Of a stretch of DNA of 62,808 bases, positions 1 through 8,855 are shown in pieces. Under the pieces are notes generated by a model. The model saw only the letters and a program-made list of their open reading frames with translations, was not told where the DNA came from and did no database searches. Where the stretch lies: positions 1 to 62,808 of the IMG/VR virus record IMGVR_UViG_3300045988_163888. The stretch is one strand, 5' to 3'. The stretch is from a virus. The position numbers and the translations under genes were made by a program. The number at the start of each line of letters is the position of its first letter. The stretch's first letter is position 1.

Positions 1-337
1 ATTTTTTTTTTGCCTCCTCACGTTCTGCCTTGACCTTCGCGGAATACTCATGGTTAAATTCCCACACCGCCTGAGAGATTTCAAGGGCGGTTTCCGGCGC
101 ATTGTCAAGCAGGAATTTCGCCTGAATTTCGGACATGTCAGCGCCATAGACAAGAGCCAGCGTTTCCAACTGCTCGCCCGCGCCCGCGAACTCAATGTTG
201 AACTCATGCAGAGCCACTCGACCACGCCCCTTGAAAGGATGGATTGTGAGCTTCTGAACCTTTTCACCGACTTTGACGCTGATTTCCTTCGTGGGAACTT
301 CCAGTGCCTTTACAGTAGACAAATCAATAGCCATATG
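1..337 (-). CDS. tail assembly chaperone G (5' portion; ORF continues across the circular junction, stop at 62696..62698)
   Basis: ATG at 337-335 preceded by GGAGG RBS; lies between major tail protein and tape measure genes; reading frame runs into an A10 slippery run that is shared with a -1 frame extension. Confidence 0.7.
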
Positions 338-382
338 TTTGTGCCTCCTTCGGTTTGTTTATGTTATGGCGTATTTTTGCGA

Positions 383-1270
383 TTATTCTGTTTCCTGAGT
401 CTTTGTGACTTGGTCACAAGACTTGACGATAAAGCCAATCGTGTGTTCCATCCCTCCGTTAGGAGCGGAAGACGCGTTGCCGACTTCACCAAAACCAATC
501 TTGAAGGAAATTGAGCGCGCCGGAGACGCAGTTTTATGCGTGTAAGTGAGCGTTCCCTGTCGCCCGTCGCGGTTGTACTGGAGATATTTTGCGTGATTCT
601 CCTCGATGTAAGGAACCGTGACTTGAACATCTGTATAATTGCCGCCGATTCCGCTTTCCTTGTAAAGCTTTCTGTCGCTTCGGAGCGTCCATGATTCGGG
701 GTCTTCCATGCCCGGAAACGCAAGGTTCGTCCACTCGAGTTGAGTATCTGTGACAGCCGTTTGAGCGGTCTCAGAACCAGCCTCAAGAGAGAACGACACT
801 TTCCAGTCAAGAGCGCGAGTCTCTTTGATCGAATTTGCGTCAAAAGTCGCATCTCCCGCGCTGTCGGTGGAAACATCCTTGACAATGAAATTCACAGTGA
901 ATTCAAACGCGCTGTTCGGGTTGTTTGAGTTGAAACCTATTGCGCCAACGCCGACTTTGTAGGAAGAAGACTTTTCAGTGTATTTTGAACTGAAAGTCAG
1001 GATACCTTCCTTGCCGTCGAGATTGTAGCCGAGAAATTTTTTGTAGAGCGCAAGGTCAAAAGGACAAGTCAGCGTAACGTTGTTCATTTCGCCGCCCATG
1101 CCTGTTTCTTTGATTCTCTTCTGGTCCGTAAGCATGCTCCACGATTCAGGGGATCCCGCGCCCGGGAGTTCCTCATTCGTCCACTCAAGCGCAATTGCAT
1201 CGTCTCCGGTTGCCTTAAAAACCGCCTTGATATCAAGCGCTCTTGATTCGATTCCATCAGCTTTAGACAT
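383..1270 (-). CDS. major tail (tube) protein with internal tandem domain duplication
   Basis: ATG at 1270 with AGGAG RBS; position upstream of G/GT; two homologous halves (EWTNEELPG...GILTFSSKYTEK / EWTNLAFPG...GTLTYTHKTASP). Confidence 0.55.
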   Translation of the reverse strand: MSKADGIESRALDIKAVFKATGDDAIALEWTNEELPGAGSPESWSMLTDQKRIKETGMGGEMNNVTLTCPFDLALYKKFLGYNLDGKEGILTFSSKYTEKSSSYKVGVGAIGFNSNNPNSAFEFTVNFIVKDVSTDSAGDATFDANSIKETRALDWKVSFSLEAGSETAQTAVTDTQLEWTNLAFPGMEDPESWTLRSDRKLYKESGIGGNYTDVQVTVPYIEENHAKYLQYNRDGRQGTLTYTHKTASPARSISFKIGFGEVGNASSAPNGGMEHTIGFIVKSCDQVTKTQETE

Positions 1271-1342
1271 CTTTTTTTCTCCTGTCTTTGTGCTTGTTTT
1301 TATGTTCAAAAACCTTGTTTTCCCCTAAAAATCGAGGGGAGC

Positions 1343-1391
1343 GACTGAAGCAAGTACAGCCCCAACCGTGGGAACTGCTCCCCTCTAAGAA
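1343..1391 (-). terminator. strong hairpin (GAGGGGAGC...GCTCCCCTC) followed by U5 on minus strand, between late motif and major tail protein gene
   Basis: 9-bp perfect inverted repeat with structured loop; minus-strand RNA would read hairpin then GAUUUUUAGG. Confidence 0.4.
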
Positions 1392-1414
1392 AATCAAGTC
1401 ATATAAGCAAACCT

Positions 1415-1423
1415 TGTCAACCT
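1415..1423 (-). promoter_or_regulatory. conserved late element copy 1
   Basis: AAGCAAACCTTGTCAACC, 145 nt upstream of major tail protein ATG. Confidence 0.45.
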
Positions 1424-1860
1424 TGCGCTAAATTTGGGCGGTTTATCACGCGCAAATAGAGCAAGACAGACTGGACATACCATGTATCTTCCGAGCGCGT
1501 ATTTACGCCCGTTTTGTACACCATAATGTCAAGTTCCGGGTGGTTTGCAACGGTGATAATTGCTCCCTCTGTAAGTAGGTTGAACTCATTTTCAATTGCC
1601 AGTGCCGCCCGTCCGCAACGCAATGTTCCTGTATCCGCTTTTGCGTAAATATCATACTCAACAAGTGCAGTTGCCATGCGCGTGCTTGCCGTCGAGTAAA
1701 TTTCCTCATCGCCGCCAATCCACGTTTCACGGACCCACAAATTTTTACCCGACGGGTCAAATTTCACGTTTTCAAACTGGAAATCGCTCTCATCAAAAAT
1801 GTTATTCTTGATGATTCGCGCCCGCATTGCGTTTCTGATGATTTCGTCGTCAATTGCCAT
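1417..1860 (-). CDS. neck/tail-terminator-like structural protein (hypothetical)
   Basis: ORF in head-tail joining block immediately upstream of major tail protein. Confidence 0.4.
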   Translation of the reverse strand: MAIDDEIIRNAMRARIIKNNIFDESDFQFENVKFDPSGKNLWVRETWIGGDEEIYSTASTRMATALVEYDIYAKADTGTLRCGRAALAIENEFNLLTEGAIITVANHPELDIMVYKTGVNTRSEDTWYVQSVLLYLRVINRPNLAQG

Positions 1861-1861
1861 T

Positions 1862-2284
1862 TTATGGATTCTCCCTGATTGCTTGTTCCGCGTATTTGTT
1901 TACGTCGTTTTCCACGCCAGCAACAGTCATTTCCACAAACCGCGCGGGCGCTTGTTTACTCCAGCCCTCGTTCAATTTTTTGATGTAAGGCGTTGAGTTG
2001 GCGATATAGAGCGTATCACCAGCATTAACCCTGATAAAGGCTTGATTTGCACGCCCATAATCAATCACAAGGCTGTTATGCAAGTCGTACTTGTAGTCAA
2101 TCGCCCCAATCGAGCACCACCAGTTCCAGCGCGCATTACCTGTATCAACGGGCGTTTTAATCGTAATCCGCCGGAACGCTTCAACCATTGCAATTTTGGC
2201 AAAATCCGTAATGCGATTTTTAACTCTCTTCTCAAACCGCTTTATCCCGTCAGGGTCTGTCATGTCAAATTGCATACTTATCAC
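1862..2284 (-). CDS. HK97 gp10-like tail completion/neck protein
   Basis: position in neck block; TGNARWNW-type motif resembling gp10-family. Confidence 0.4.
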   Translation of the reverse strand: MISMQFDMTDPDGIKRFEKRVKNRITDFAKIAMVEAFRRITIKTPVDTGNARWNWWCSIGAIDYKYDLHNSLVIDYGRANQAFIRVNAGDTLYIANSTPYIKKLNEGWSKQAPARFVEMTVAGVENDVNKYAEQAIRENP

Positions 2285-2745
2285 CCACGCAACGTAAAGT
2301 AGTAATCAGCTGGAGCGTTGCCCATCCACGTATCGCCACGCACCGCCGCGATGTGGTAAGTCTTGCCGCCGAATTCGAGCGTGTCCGTCGTTGTAGCAAT
2401 CCCTCCCGACGTCGCGTTGTAAGGGCGCATTTCCTCCAGCGTTTTTGTCTTGCCGTTGTTGATGATTACAGGGTCGCCAACTTGCGCCGCTCTGGAGTTG
2501 ATAACCTCTGTATAAGGCACGCGCATAATTTGGTCATCAGAAAGGTAATTTTTGCCGTCAACAAGCCGCTGATTGACCTGTTCGGGCGGGTAACATTGGA
2601 TTTCCCGCGCAATCGTCGTTGTTGCGTCTTCGCCCGTTTCCCAGTTGTAAGTTTTAAAGTTGTACTTCAAAATTGCGGTATTCCGAAAAACTTTAGCCTT
2701 GACAAGTTTCCCGCTGATTTTTTGAAATGGTGTGAGTTTTGCCAT
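2281..2745 (-). CDS. head-tail joining (head closure-like) protein, hypothetical
   Basis: ORF with 4-nt overlap coupling to neighbours in neck block. Confidence 0.35.
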   Translation of the reverse strand: MAKLTPFQKISGKLVKAKVFRNTAILKYNFKTYNWETGEDATTTIAREIQCYPPEQVNQRLVDGKNYLSDDQIMRVPYTEVINSRAAQVGDPVIINNGKTKTLEEMRPYNATSGGIATTTDTLEFGGKTYHIAAVRGDTWMGNAPADYYFTLRG

Positions 2746-2906
2746 GTTTCAACGCTCCCTTGTTATCTCTTTACACATAAGGCAAGATTGTCAATCCCGA
2801 ACCCCAAAAGCCATAAAAAAGCCCCTGTTTTGTCATAAAGAACTGGTACAGGGGCGAAACCATAAGGGCGAGGAGGTAGCGCCCATTATTCCCGCAAAAA
2901 TCGGAT

Positions 2907-3380
2907 TTATCGTACAGTTCTGCCCTGTACAATACCTCCGTTATCGTCCGCGCTTGCGCCCGGCAGGATTTCCCCGCCCATCGAGCGGATCAAGTTGCGA
3001 ACGGAAATGGTTAAAATATCCCCCTGAAAATCTTTGCTGAAAACAACGCCGTTAGCGGACTGGATACCCATTGTAAGCAGGCTGTTGGGCTCAATGATTG
3101 ATTCGTCAAGCGACAAAAGGTAGATTGCCTCTTTTGCTGTTGCCTCTTTGAGCAGGTCTGGAATATCAAGCGTTCCGGCGGGGTCGTATGCAAACGCCTC
3201 CCCGCTGTCATCGTAAAACAGCGTAAACCGCTGAATAAGGTTAGTCGCTGTACACAATGCCGCGAGTTTCTGCTTGTCCGACGCGTCATCCCAGTTTGTA
3301 GCCCACAAAAAGGACGCAAAAAATGCGTCTGCCCAGTCTTTCGAGCAGTAGGATTTGAGTTCAGGGAGTGTTTCTGCCAT
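2907..3380 (-). CDS. head-tail connector (gp6-like) protein, putative
   Basis: position after capsid genes; size and acidic character typical of head-tail adaptors. Confidence 0.4.
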   Translation of the reverse strand: MAETLPELKSYCSKDWADAFFASFLWATNWDDASDKQKLAALCTATNLIQRFTLFYDDSGEAFAYDPAGTLDIPDLLKEATAKEAIYLLSLDESIIEPNSLLTMGIQSANGVVFSKDFQGDILTISVRNLIRSMGGEILPGASADDNGGIVQGRTVR

Positions 3381-3385
3381 GTTTT

Positions 3386-3753
3386 TTATACCCCTCTGAT
3401 TGCCTTTTCGAGGTTGTCAAAATCGCGCTTGCCGAACTCCTCAATATACCGCGCTTTCGCCTGTTCCATTTTGAGTGTCTGGCAGTCGATCCCCTTGTCC
3501 GCAAGACGCTTTTTGACGGCAATCAGCAAGCGATTCCGGAGTTTTTTTTCGTCGACTGCCGACGGTGCGTTTTCCGCAGGCGGAACCGGAGCAGGAACGG
3601 GTTCTGTCTTTTCTGTTTCTTTCACGTCTCCAGCCGCTTCACGCGCTTTTATAGGCGCGCCCACATCGCAATTAGGGTCATTGCACTTATGCGCCGAAAA
3701 CGCCGCAGAAGAGTAAAAAAAGCGGTCGCAATTCTGACAGAGCTTGAAATACA
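3386..3753 (-). CDS. hypothetical Cys-containing protein (start at MYFKLCQN)
   Basis: AGGAGG RBS 8 nt upstream of ATG at 3753; the longer ORF start at 3823 lacks an RBS. Confidence 0.45.
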
Positions 3754-3828
3754 TGTTTTTGTTGCCTCCTAAAAATCGTTTTGTAAAGAGATTTGCGGGC
3801 TTTGATGTTATCGCCGCCCGCATTCGGC

Positions 3829-4257
3829 TTATCGGGCGATATACCCGATTTTCGCAGTCACCTTGACGGCAGAAAGATTGCTGTCGGTGGTGATTTTGAG
3901 TTTGCCGTATTTCGGCGCGTCCGGTTCGGGGATAAACTGCACGAGCGGCTGTTTTTCGTCAGCCGTGATTGCGGTCCCGGTGGTTTCCGCTCCCGTAATC
4001 GTAACCGTCTTGTAGACAGTATACGTGCCGTCTTCCTTGTCGCTTCCGAGAAGTTCGACTTTGACGGTCTTCGTTGCCGCCACGGTTGCGCCCGTGATTG
4101 CAAAGAGCATGATTTTCAATGCTCCCTGCGTGCAAGCCATGTCAAACGCCTCAGATTCGATTGCTCCGGAGTTTCCGAGCGCCTTATCGCGGAAGGGCGC
4201 GTCATGGAAGAAAAACGGACCTTCTTTGATGTTTTCGAGAGTTCCAATGTCGTTCAT
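3829..4257 (-). CDS. capsid-associated (decoration-like) protein, hypothetical
   Basis: Thr/Gly-rich beta-type sequence located directly downstream of capsid gene. Confidence 0.35.
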   Translation of the reverse strand: MNDIGTLENIKEGPFFFHDAPFRDKALGNSGAIESEAFDMACTQGALKIMLFAITGATVAATKTVKVELLGSDKEDGTYTVYKTVTITGAETTGTAITADEKQPLVQFIPEPDAPKYGKLKITTDSNLSAVKVTAKIGYIAR

Positions 4258-4280
4258 TTTTACCTAGCCTTTCTCTTGCG

Positions 4281-5231
4281 TCAAGCCGCAAGGGTAGAAG
4301 TGAGAATTCCAGCCTCAGTTCCGGCGAGAATGTTGTAGTCTCCCACGACCGGAATACCTTTGATTCGGACGTTGCCTTCCGTGTCAACCGTAACAAGCGA
4401 GCTGAAGGAGTTGTCGCCCGCCGCGCGGCTGTACTTGGAAGCGAGGATATCTGCCAGTTCCGGAGATGCGTAAATACGGGCATTCGTGCCGTTTCCACGC
4501 ACACCATTGGCGATTCCGATGAGGTCCGCATAGCTCGGCAGATTGTCTTCCGTGATGTTGACAAAACCCATGATGTACTTGGGGTTTTCGAGCTGGAGAC
4601 CAATCATGGAGGTAACGTCAATTGCCCATCCAGTTTCACCGCCGGAAAGCGTGCCGAGATTGCCTCCCCAGAGGTTGTCCGTGGTGAAAAACGAGCCTTC
4701 AGCGCTTCCGTTCGTGCGGTTGTCGTTGTACAGGCCGCAGTTTTCGCCAGCGGACCAGCGGACCGCAACCATAGAGTAGTACTTTTTCTCGCTGGTGTCA
4801 GTGACTGACGCGGTGCAGGACTTGACGCGCTTCATTTCCATCGCACGCTTGAGCATGACATCATAATAGATTGCCTTGTCAAGGGACGCGCCCGCAAGCT
4901 TGAGGATAGCCGGAAGACGGCGACGGAGATACTCTTCTTTCCCGCGCATTGCCTCCGCTTTATCCTTGCCGATTTCGAGCTTGCCGCCAATCTTGAACAG
5001 CGGAGTTTCTCCGAGTTCGGTGAGCGCGGTAACGAGCGGAAGCGGCGCGTCAAGGTCAACCAGAGTGGGACCCGTAACGTCCTTCACACGTTCGAACACG
5101 TTCTTGATTCCATGAGTTGCCGCCTGAAAGGGGATCTCCTTCACAATGACAGCATCCTCAACGAGGTAGTCGATAAGCTGGCTCTGCTTCGGAGCCAGTG
5201 CGACTGCGACTTCATACATGTTGTTTTTCAT
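4281..5231 (-). CDS. major capsid protein (putative)
   Basis: 316 aa ORF following scaffold gene in canonical portal / head-morphogenesis / scaffold / capsid order. Confidence 0.55.
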   Translation of the reverse strand: MKNNMYEVAVALAPKQSQLIDYLVEDAVIVKEIPFQAATHGIKNVFERVKDVTGPTLVDLDAPLPLVTALTELGETPLFKIGGKLEIGKDKAEAMRGKEEYLRRRLPAILKLAGASLDKAIYYDVMLKRAMEMKRVKSCTASVTDTSEKKYYSMVAVRWSAGENCGLYNDNRTNGSAEGSFFTTDNLWGGNLGTLSGGETGWAIDVTSMIGLQLENPKYIMGFVNITEDNLPSYADLIGIANGVRGNGTNARIYASPELADILASKYSRAAGDNSFSSLVTVDTEGNVRIKGIPVVGDYNILAGTEAGILTSTLAA

Positions 5232-5284
5232 GCTTTACAGCCTTTCTTTTGTTATGTATGTTTTCTTGTTTTTTTGTGTTTGTT

Positions 5285-5995
5285 TTAGCCCTTCAGCGAG
5301 CTCGCGATATCCAGAAAAATGTCTCCCGTGGAACCCGCTTTTTCAGCGCCGCAAGGTCCATTTCCCGGTTTGGAGCCGCCCGGGGTTGAGGCAACGTAGC
5401 AGTTAAAAAGGTCTGCTTTTGCCGGAATCCAGTCTTTGACCGCTTTACCCTTGAAAGGTGCAAGGTCTCCGACCTCATCGATCGCAAACATATCTTCGTA
5501 ATCCTCAAGCATGGAGTAGATTTTGGACTTGTCGTATTTCGCATCAAGTGCTTCAACGATTTCTTTCAGCTTGCCGTGCACTTTTGTTCTTTTGTCGACG
5601 GCTTCCAGTTCGTCAAGGCGTTTCTGACGCGCTTCAAACTGCGTCTTGTAGCTGTCGCGCTCTTTCTCCGTCGCACGGAGCCGCTTTTTGTAATCAAGCA
5701 GTTCTTCGTTCGACTTGCCGCCGCTTGACTTGAGGTTCTCAAGTTCATCAAACCGCTCCCGGATGCTCTCCGAATCGCCGAATTCGTCCACAAATGCGCG
5801 GATTTTCTCTTTTGCCGCTTTGTGGTCATTCCGCTCTTTTTCAAGCGCGTTTTGCAGTTTCTTCACATCCTCATCTGTTTTGCCGGAGGGCATCCCTTCG
5901 ACATCCAAATAAAACGCGCCATCGCGCTCTGTGTAAAGCTTCTTGAGTTCCTCTGCCACATCGTTCAGATTTTCGACCTTAAATTTCAATCCCAT
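5285..5995 (-). CDS. scaffolding protein (putative)
   Basis: highly charged coiled-coil-like sequence (KKLQNALEKERNDHKAAKEK...) between head morphogenesis and capsid genes; ATG 5995 with AGGAG RBS. Confidence 0.5.
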   Translation of the reverse strand: MGLKFKVENLNDVAEELKKLYTERDGAFYLDVEGMPSGKTDEDVKKLQNALEKERNDHKAAKEKIRAFVDEFGDSESIRERFDELENLKSSGGKSNEELLDYKKRLRATEKERDSYKTQFEARQKRLDELEAVDKRTKVHGKLKEIVEALDAKYDKSKIYSMLEDYEDMFAIDEVGDLAPFKGKAVKDWIPAKADLFNCYVASTPGGSKPGNGPCGAEKAGSTGDIFLDIASSLKG

Positions 5996-6064
5996 GATTG
6001 ACACACTCCTGTTTTGTTTTCGGTCGCAAACCTCATGTTTGCAACTTTCTAAACCTAGAGAAAG

Positions 6065-6073
6065 TTGTCAACC
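6065..6073 (-). promoter_or_regulatory. conserved late element copy 2, followed by 9-bp 5'-UTR hairpin GUUGCAAAC-AUGAG-GUUUGCGAC
   Basis: GAGAAAGTTGTCAACC, 70 nt upstream of scaffold ATG 5995. Confidence 0.5.
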
Positions 6074-6087
6074 TAACACCATTTTCA

Positions 6088-7272
6088 TCACATCAACCCA
6101 GCCTTTTTGAAAGCGTCAATATCGCGCTTTTTGAGTTCAGCAAGCGTAAAAAGGCGGTCCGTTGCAGGGTCCATCATGTCGTTCAGGGACAACAAACCTT
6201 TTTGATACAGCTTGTAGCGAGTAGGCTTTAGCCAGTCCCGCTTAAACTGCTCGCTTTGAGACTCAAAATATTCCGCAAAAGTCATAGATCCGGAGACTTG
6301 CCGGAACGCGGGTTTACCCGTGCGCTCCTCATATGCATGAATTGCCTGATGATAATAGCGTTTTTTCGAGCTTTCGGCTAAATCATTCCATTGCTTGTCC
6401 GGATATTTTGCCTCATACGCACGCTTAGCCTCTGCCATAAAATCCGCATTTGCGGCGGGTCTAGTAACCTCTGACATATCAGAGAGCACAGTAACAGGGA
6501 TATAACAGCAGCGACAACGCGGATGTACCGGAAGAGCTGGTATATCTTTTGCGTCAACCGCAAAGCGTAACCCCCCGATTTGGGCGCACGTGGGGCATGT
6601 CCTACCATCAAGCGTGTTAAGTATCTCAATGCCCTTAACAACATCGTCGTTTTGTGCAAAAGTGGCAAGCCGCGCGTCGTTTGATATGCCATTTGCACAC
6701 GTCAAACCGACCGTTTTTGCTGTATAATTTGACACATCAAAGACGTGCTGGACCGCTTTTTTCAGGCTTTGAGGAGTGGACCCGGAAAGGATGTTTTTTG
6801 CTACTGTCGTGTAGATTTTGTCCGCATCCTTAACCGACATCGAGTTAAACATCTCCGCAAGCGTAAGCCCGTTGAAACGCCCATATTTGACGATGTTTTC
6901 AATTGCCCGCTTCCCAACTTGAGCAACCGCTGTTCCGGTCATCGCCCGGACAAGGCTTGCCGCATGCTTAGCTTCATTTTCAGCCAATCCAGCCGCCTGT
7001 GCGCTGATAGTGTCGTATCCTTGCGAATACGCTTGATTCAACAGGGATTCGATTTTTGCTTTGATGATTTTTAGGCGCTTGTTAGTGCCGGAATCAAGCC
7101 CAGCGCTCCCGAAACTCTTTTGCGCGGAAAGTATGTAGTCCATAAGTTCGGATTGCACATCGTTCAATCTTTCCAGCAAATCGCCCGACCAGTTCACACC
7201 GATACGCTGCAAATTGGCAAGGTGACTGTTAATGAGTTCCGAAAGTTCCTCAAGCGTTCTTCTCGTTGCCAT
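6088..7272 (-). CDS. head morphogenesis protein, SPP1 gp7 / Mu F-like
   Basis: DGRTCPTCAQIGG ... HPRCRCC signature of gp7/F-like minor head proteins. Confidence 0.8.
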   Translation of the reverse strand: MATRRTLEELSELINSHLANLQRIGVNWSGDLLERLNDVQSELMDYILSAQKSFGSAGLDSGTNKRLKIIKAKIESLLNQAYSQGYDTISAQAAGLAENEAKHAASLVRAMTGTAVAQVGKRAIENIVKYGRFNGLTLAEMFNSMSVKDADKIYTTVAKNILSGSTPQSLKKAVQHVFDVSNYTAKTVGLTCANGISNDARLATFAQNDDVVKGIEILNTLDGRTCPTCAQIGGLRFAVDAKDIPALPVHPRCRCCYIPVTVLSDMSEVTRPAANADFMAEAKRAYEAKYPDKQWNDLAESSKKRYYHQAIHAYEERTGKPAFRQVSGSMTFAEYFESQSEQFKRDWLKPTRYKLYQKGLLSLNDMMDPATDRLFTLAELKKRDIDAFKKAGLM

Positions 7273-8791
7273 TGTTTACGCTCTCTTTAGATTGTTCGTT
7301 GCCGCCGTTTCCAGCAGTTGCAAACGGATTCCCCGTTGCCGTGTTGCCTGTCATCATCTGCGACATCGCGCCCGCCATACTGCGCTCCGTATCGGCGTCT
7401 TTCTGGTCCAAAAACTCATCAAACGTAATTTTCGGGTTGCCGTAACCGTTATCTGTCCACGCCTTGCGCTTTTCCTCTTGCGTGAGCGATTCCGAGCTTT
7501 CAATGGCAACAAGCTCTTGTACAGTCAAATTCGCTTCCGCAAAGTCTTTGGACGGCGTGTAACGCGTCTCAAGTATCTCATCATCGGACAAGCCAAGCCA
7601 ACGCGCCGCATAGCGCAGCTGATCTGTAATTGCATCTCCCGCTGTCGAGTTGATAATCTGCAAGGGGGACGTGTTGGAATCAACGCGCAATTGTAAGGCA
7701 ACTCCGGACTCATTTGCCTGTGCGTCGCCGATACTCAACGCGTCATCTGTGCAGAGCTTTTTCAGCGTCTCAACCTCGCCGGAAATAGTCTGCAAGGAGC
7801 TTGCCGCCATCTCAAGATAGCCCGCATTAGCTCCTTCAGGCAAGCCCATAACAGCGCCGGATCCGACCTTTAGCGAACTCAAGGTCTTATTGATCTCATC
7901 GACCTTGCCCTTAAGCCCGGCGACAACAAGGGGCGTTTGTCCAGTCATAAACATGACTTGCCGGAAATCCGCGTAAAGCTGATAGAGCGAGATTTCCGCG
8001 TCTGCCACGTTCAAAATCGGCGGTTCCTGAAAGTCCTTTCCGGACAGGCTGGACGCTCCACACCACGTAAAAGGCACTCTGTCGAGAGGCTTTCCAAAGC
8101 AATCAGGGTAAACCACGTTGCCGGAGGGTTCGTCAATGTTAAATTTTGACCACTCTTCAGGCGAGATTGCCGCCTGATAGTAGTAGCCGCGCCCGTCGAT
8201 TCCAAGCACGCGCATTCGATACTTGTACTCATCCTGTTTGGTTACAGGGTTGTAGTCATATCCCGATTCATCGAGGAGCACAAACTTGATTTCACTCTTG
8301 CCGTCGACTGTCACAAAATCCGTGCGCAAAAATGCGTTTGCATCGTATGTCTGGATTACAAAGGGACGCTCGTTATCGCCCGTAGATTCCAGCAACAGGC
8401 AAATCAGCCCGCGCGATAACTGCGCGGTATTGATACGTCGCTGTAGTGCTTTCAGCCCGTCCCCAAACTGCGTTGCCGTATCGCGCATAAACTCGAGCTT
8501 GTCGGAGCCTAAAGCAATATCAGGCTCCCCCATGTCAAGCATTCCGACATAGCGATTCAGCGCCTTGCGAGTGTAGTTAAAAAACAGCGCGCGGTTGAGA
8601 TATGCCGCGTAATCCGCTGTGTGCTCTTTCTGCCACTTGTCGCGCGGGAGGTATTTATCTGCCTCACCTTTGACAATCAATTGCCCACCCAAGCAGTCAG
8701 CAACACGCCGACGACGTACCACAAAATCATCATAATCGCTAAACGCAAATTCGGAAAGTTTAGGCTCTTCGTCACGTCTTATACCTGCCAT
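7250..8791 (-). CDS. portal protein (putative)
   Basis: 513 aa ORF directly downstream of TerL and overlapping head morphogenesis gene. Confidence 0.6.
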   Translation of the reverse strand: MAGIRRDEEPKLSEFAFSDYDDFVVRRRRVADCLGGQLIVKGEADKYLPRDKWQKEHTADYAAYLNRALFFNYTRKALNRYVGMLDMGEPDIALGSDKLEFMRDTATQFGDGLKALQRRINTAQLSRGLICLLLESTGDNERPFVIQTYDANAFLRTDFVTVDGKSEIKFVLLDESGYDYNPVTKQDEYKYRMRVLGIDGRGYYYQAAISPEEWSKFNIDEPSGNVVYPDCFGKPLDRVPFTWCGASSLSGKDFQEPPILNVADAEISLYQLYADFRQVMFMTGQTPLVVAGLKGKVDEINKTLSSLKVGSGAVMGLPEGANAGYLEMAASSLQTISGEVETLKKLCTDDALSIGDAQANESGVALQLRVDSNTSPLQIINSTAGDAITDQLRYAARWLGLSDDEILETRYTPSKDFAEANLTVQELVAIESSESLTQEEKRKAWTDNGYGNPKITFDEFLDQKDADTERSMAGAMSQMMTGNTATGNPFATAGNGGNEQSKESVNNGNEKNA

Positions 8792-8845
8792 TTTTGGCTC
8801 CTTGTTTCAATGTTTTTTGCCATTTTGCCCACACTTAAGCTATCC

Positions 8846-8854
8846 TTGTCAACC
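8846..8854 (-). promoter_or_regulatory. conserved late element copy 3
   Basis: TATCCTTGTCAACC, 55 nt upstream of portal ATG 8791. Confidence 0.5.
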
Positions 8855-8855
8855 A

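Noticed and set aside
50-514. 154-aa plus-strand ORF at the window start
   Set aside because: Antisense to the tail assembly chaperone G gene (ATG 337, strong RBS). It has no RBS and a low-complexity product, so it is likely spurious.
1408-1423. Reading the TTGACA inside the conserved element as a canonical sigma-70 -35 box
   Set aside because: The only TA-rich hexamer sits 8 nt downstream (TATAGT, TATATG, etc.), far from the 16-18 nt spacing. The element is therefore treated as a phage-specific motif rather than a housekeeping promoter.
3386-3823. Long form of ORF starting at 3823
   Set aside because: The N-terminal 23 aa have no RBS. An AGGAGG RBS precedes the internal ATG at 3753.
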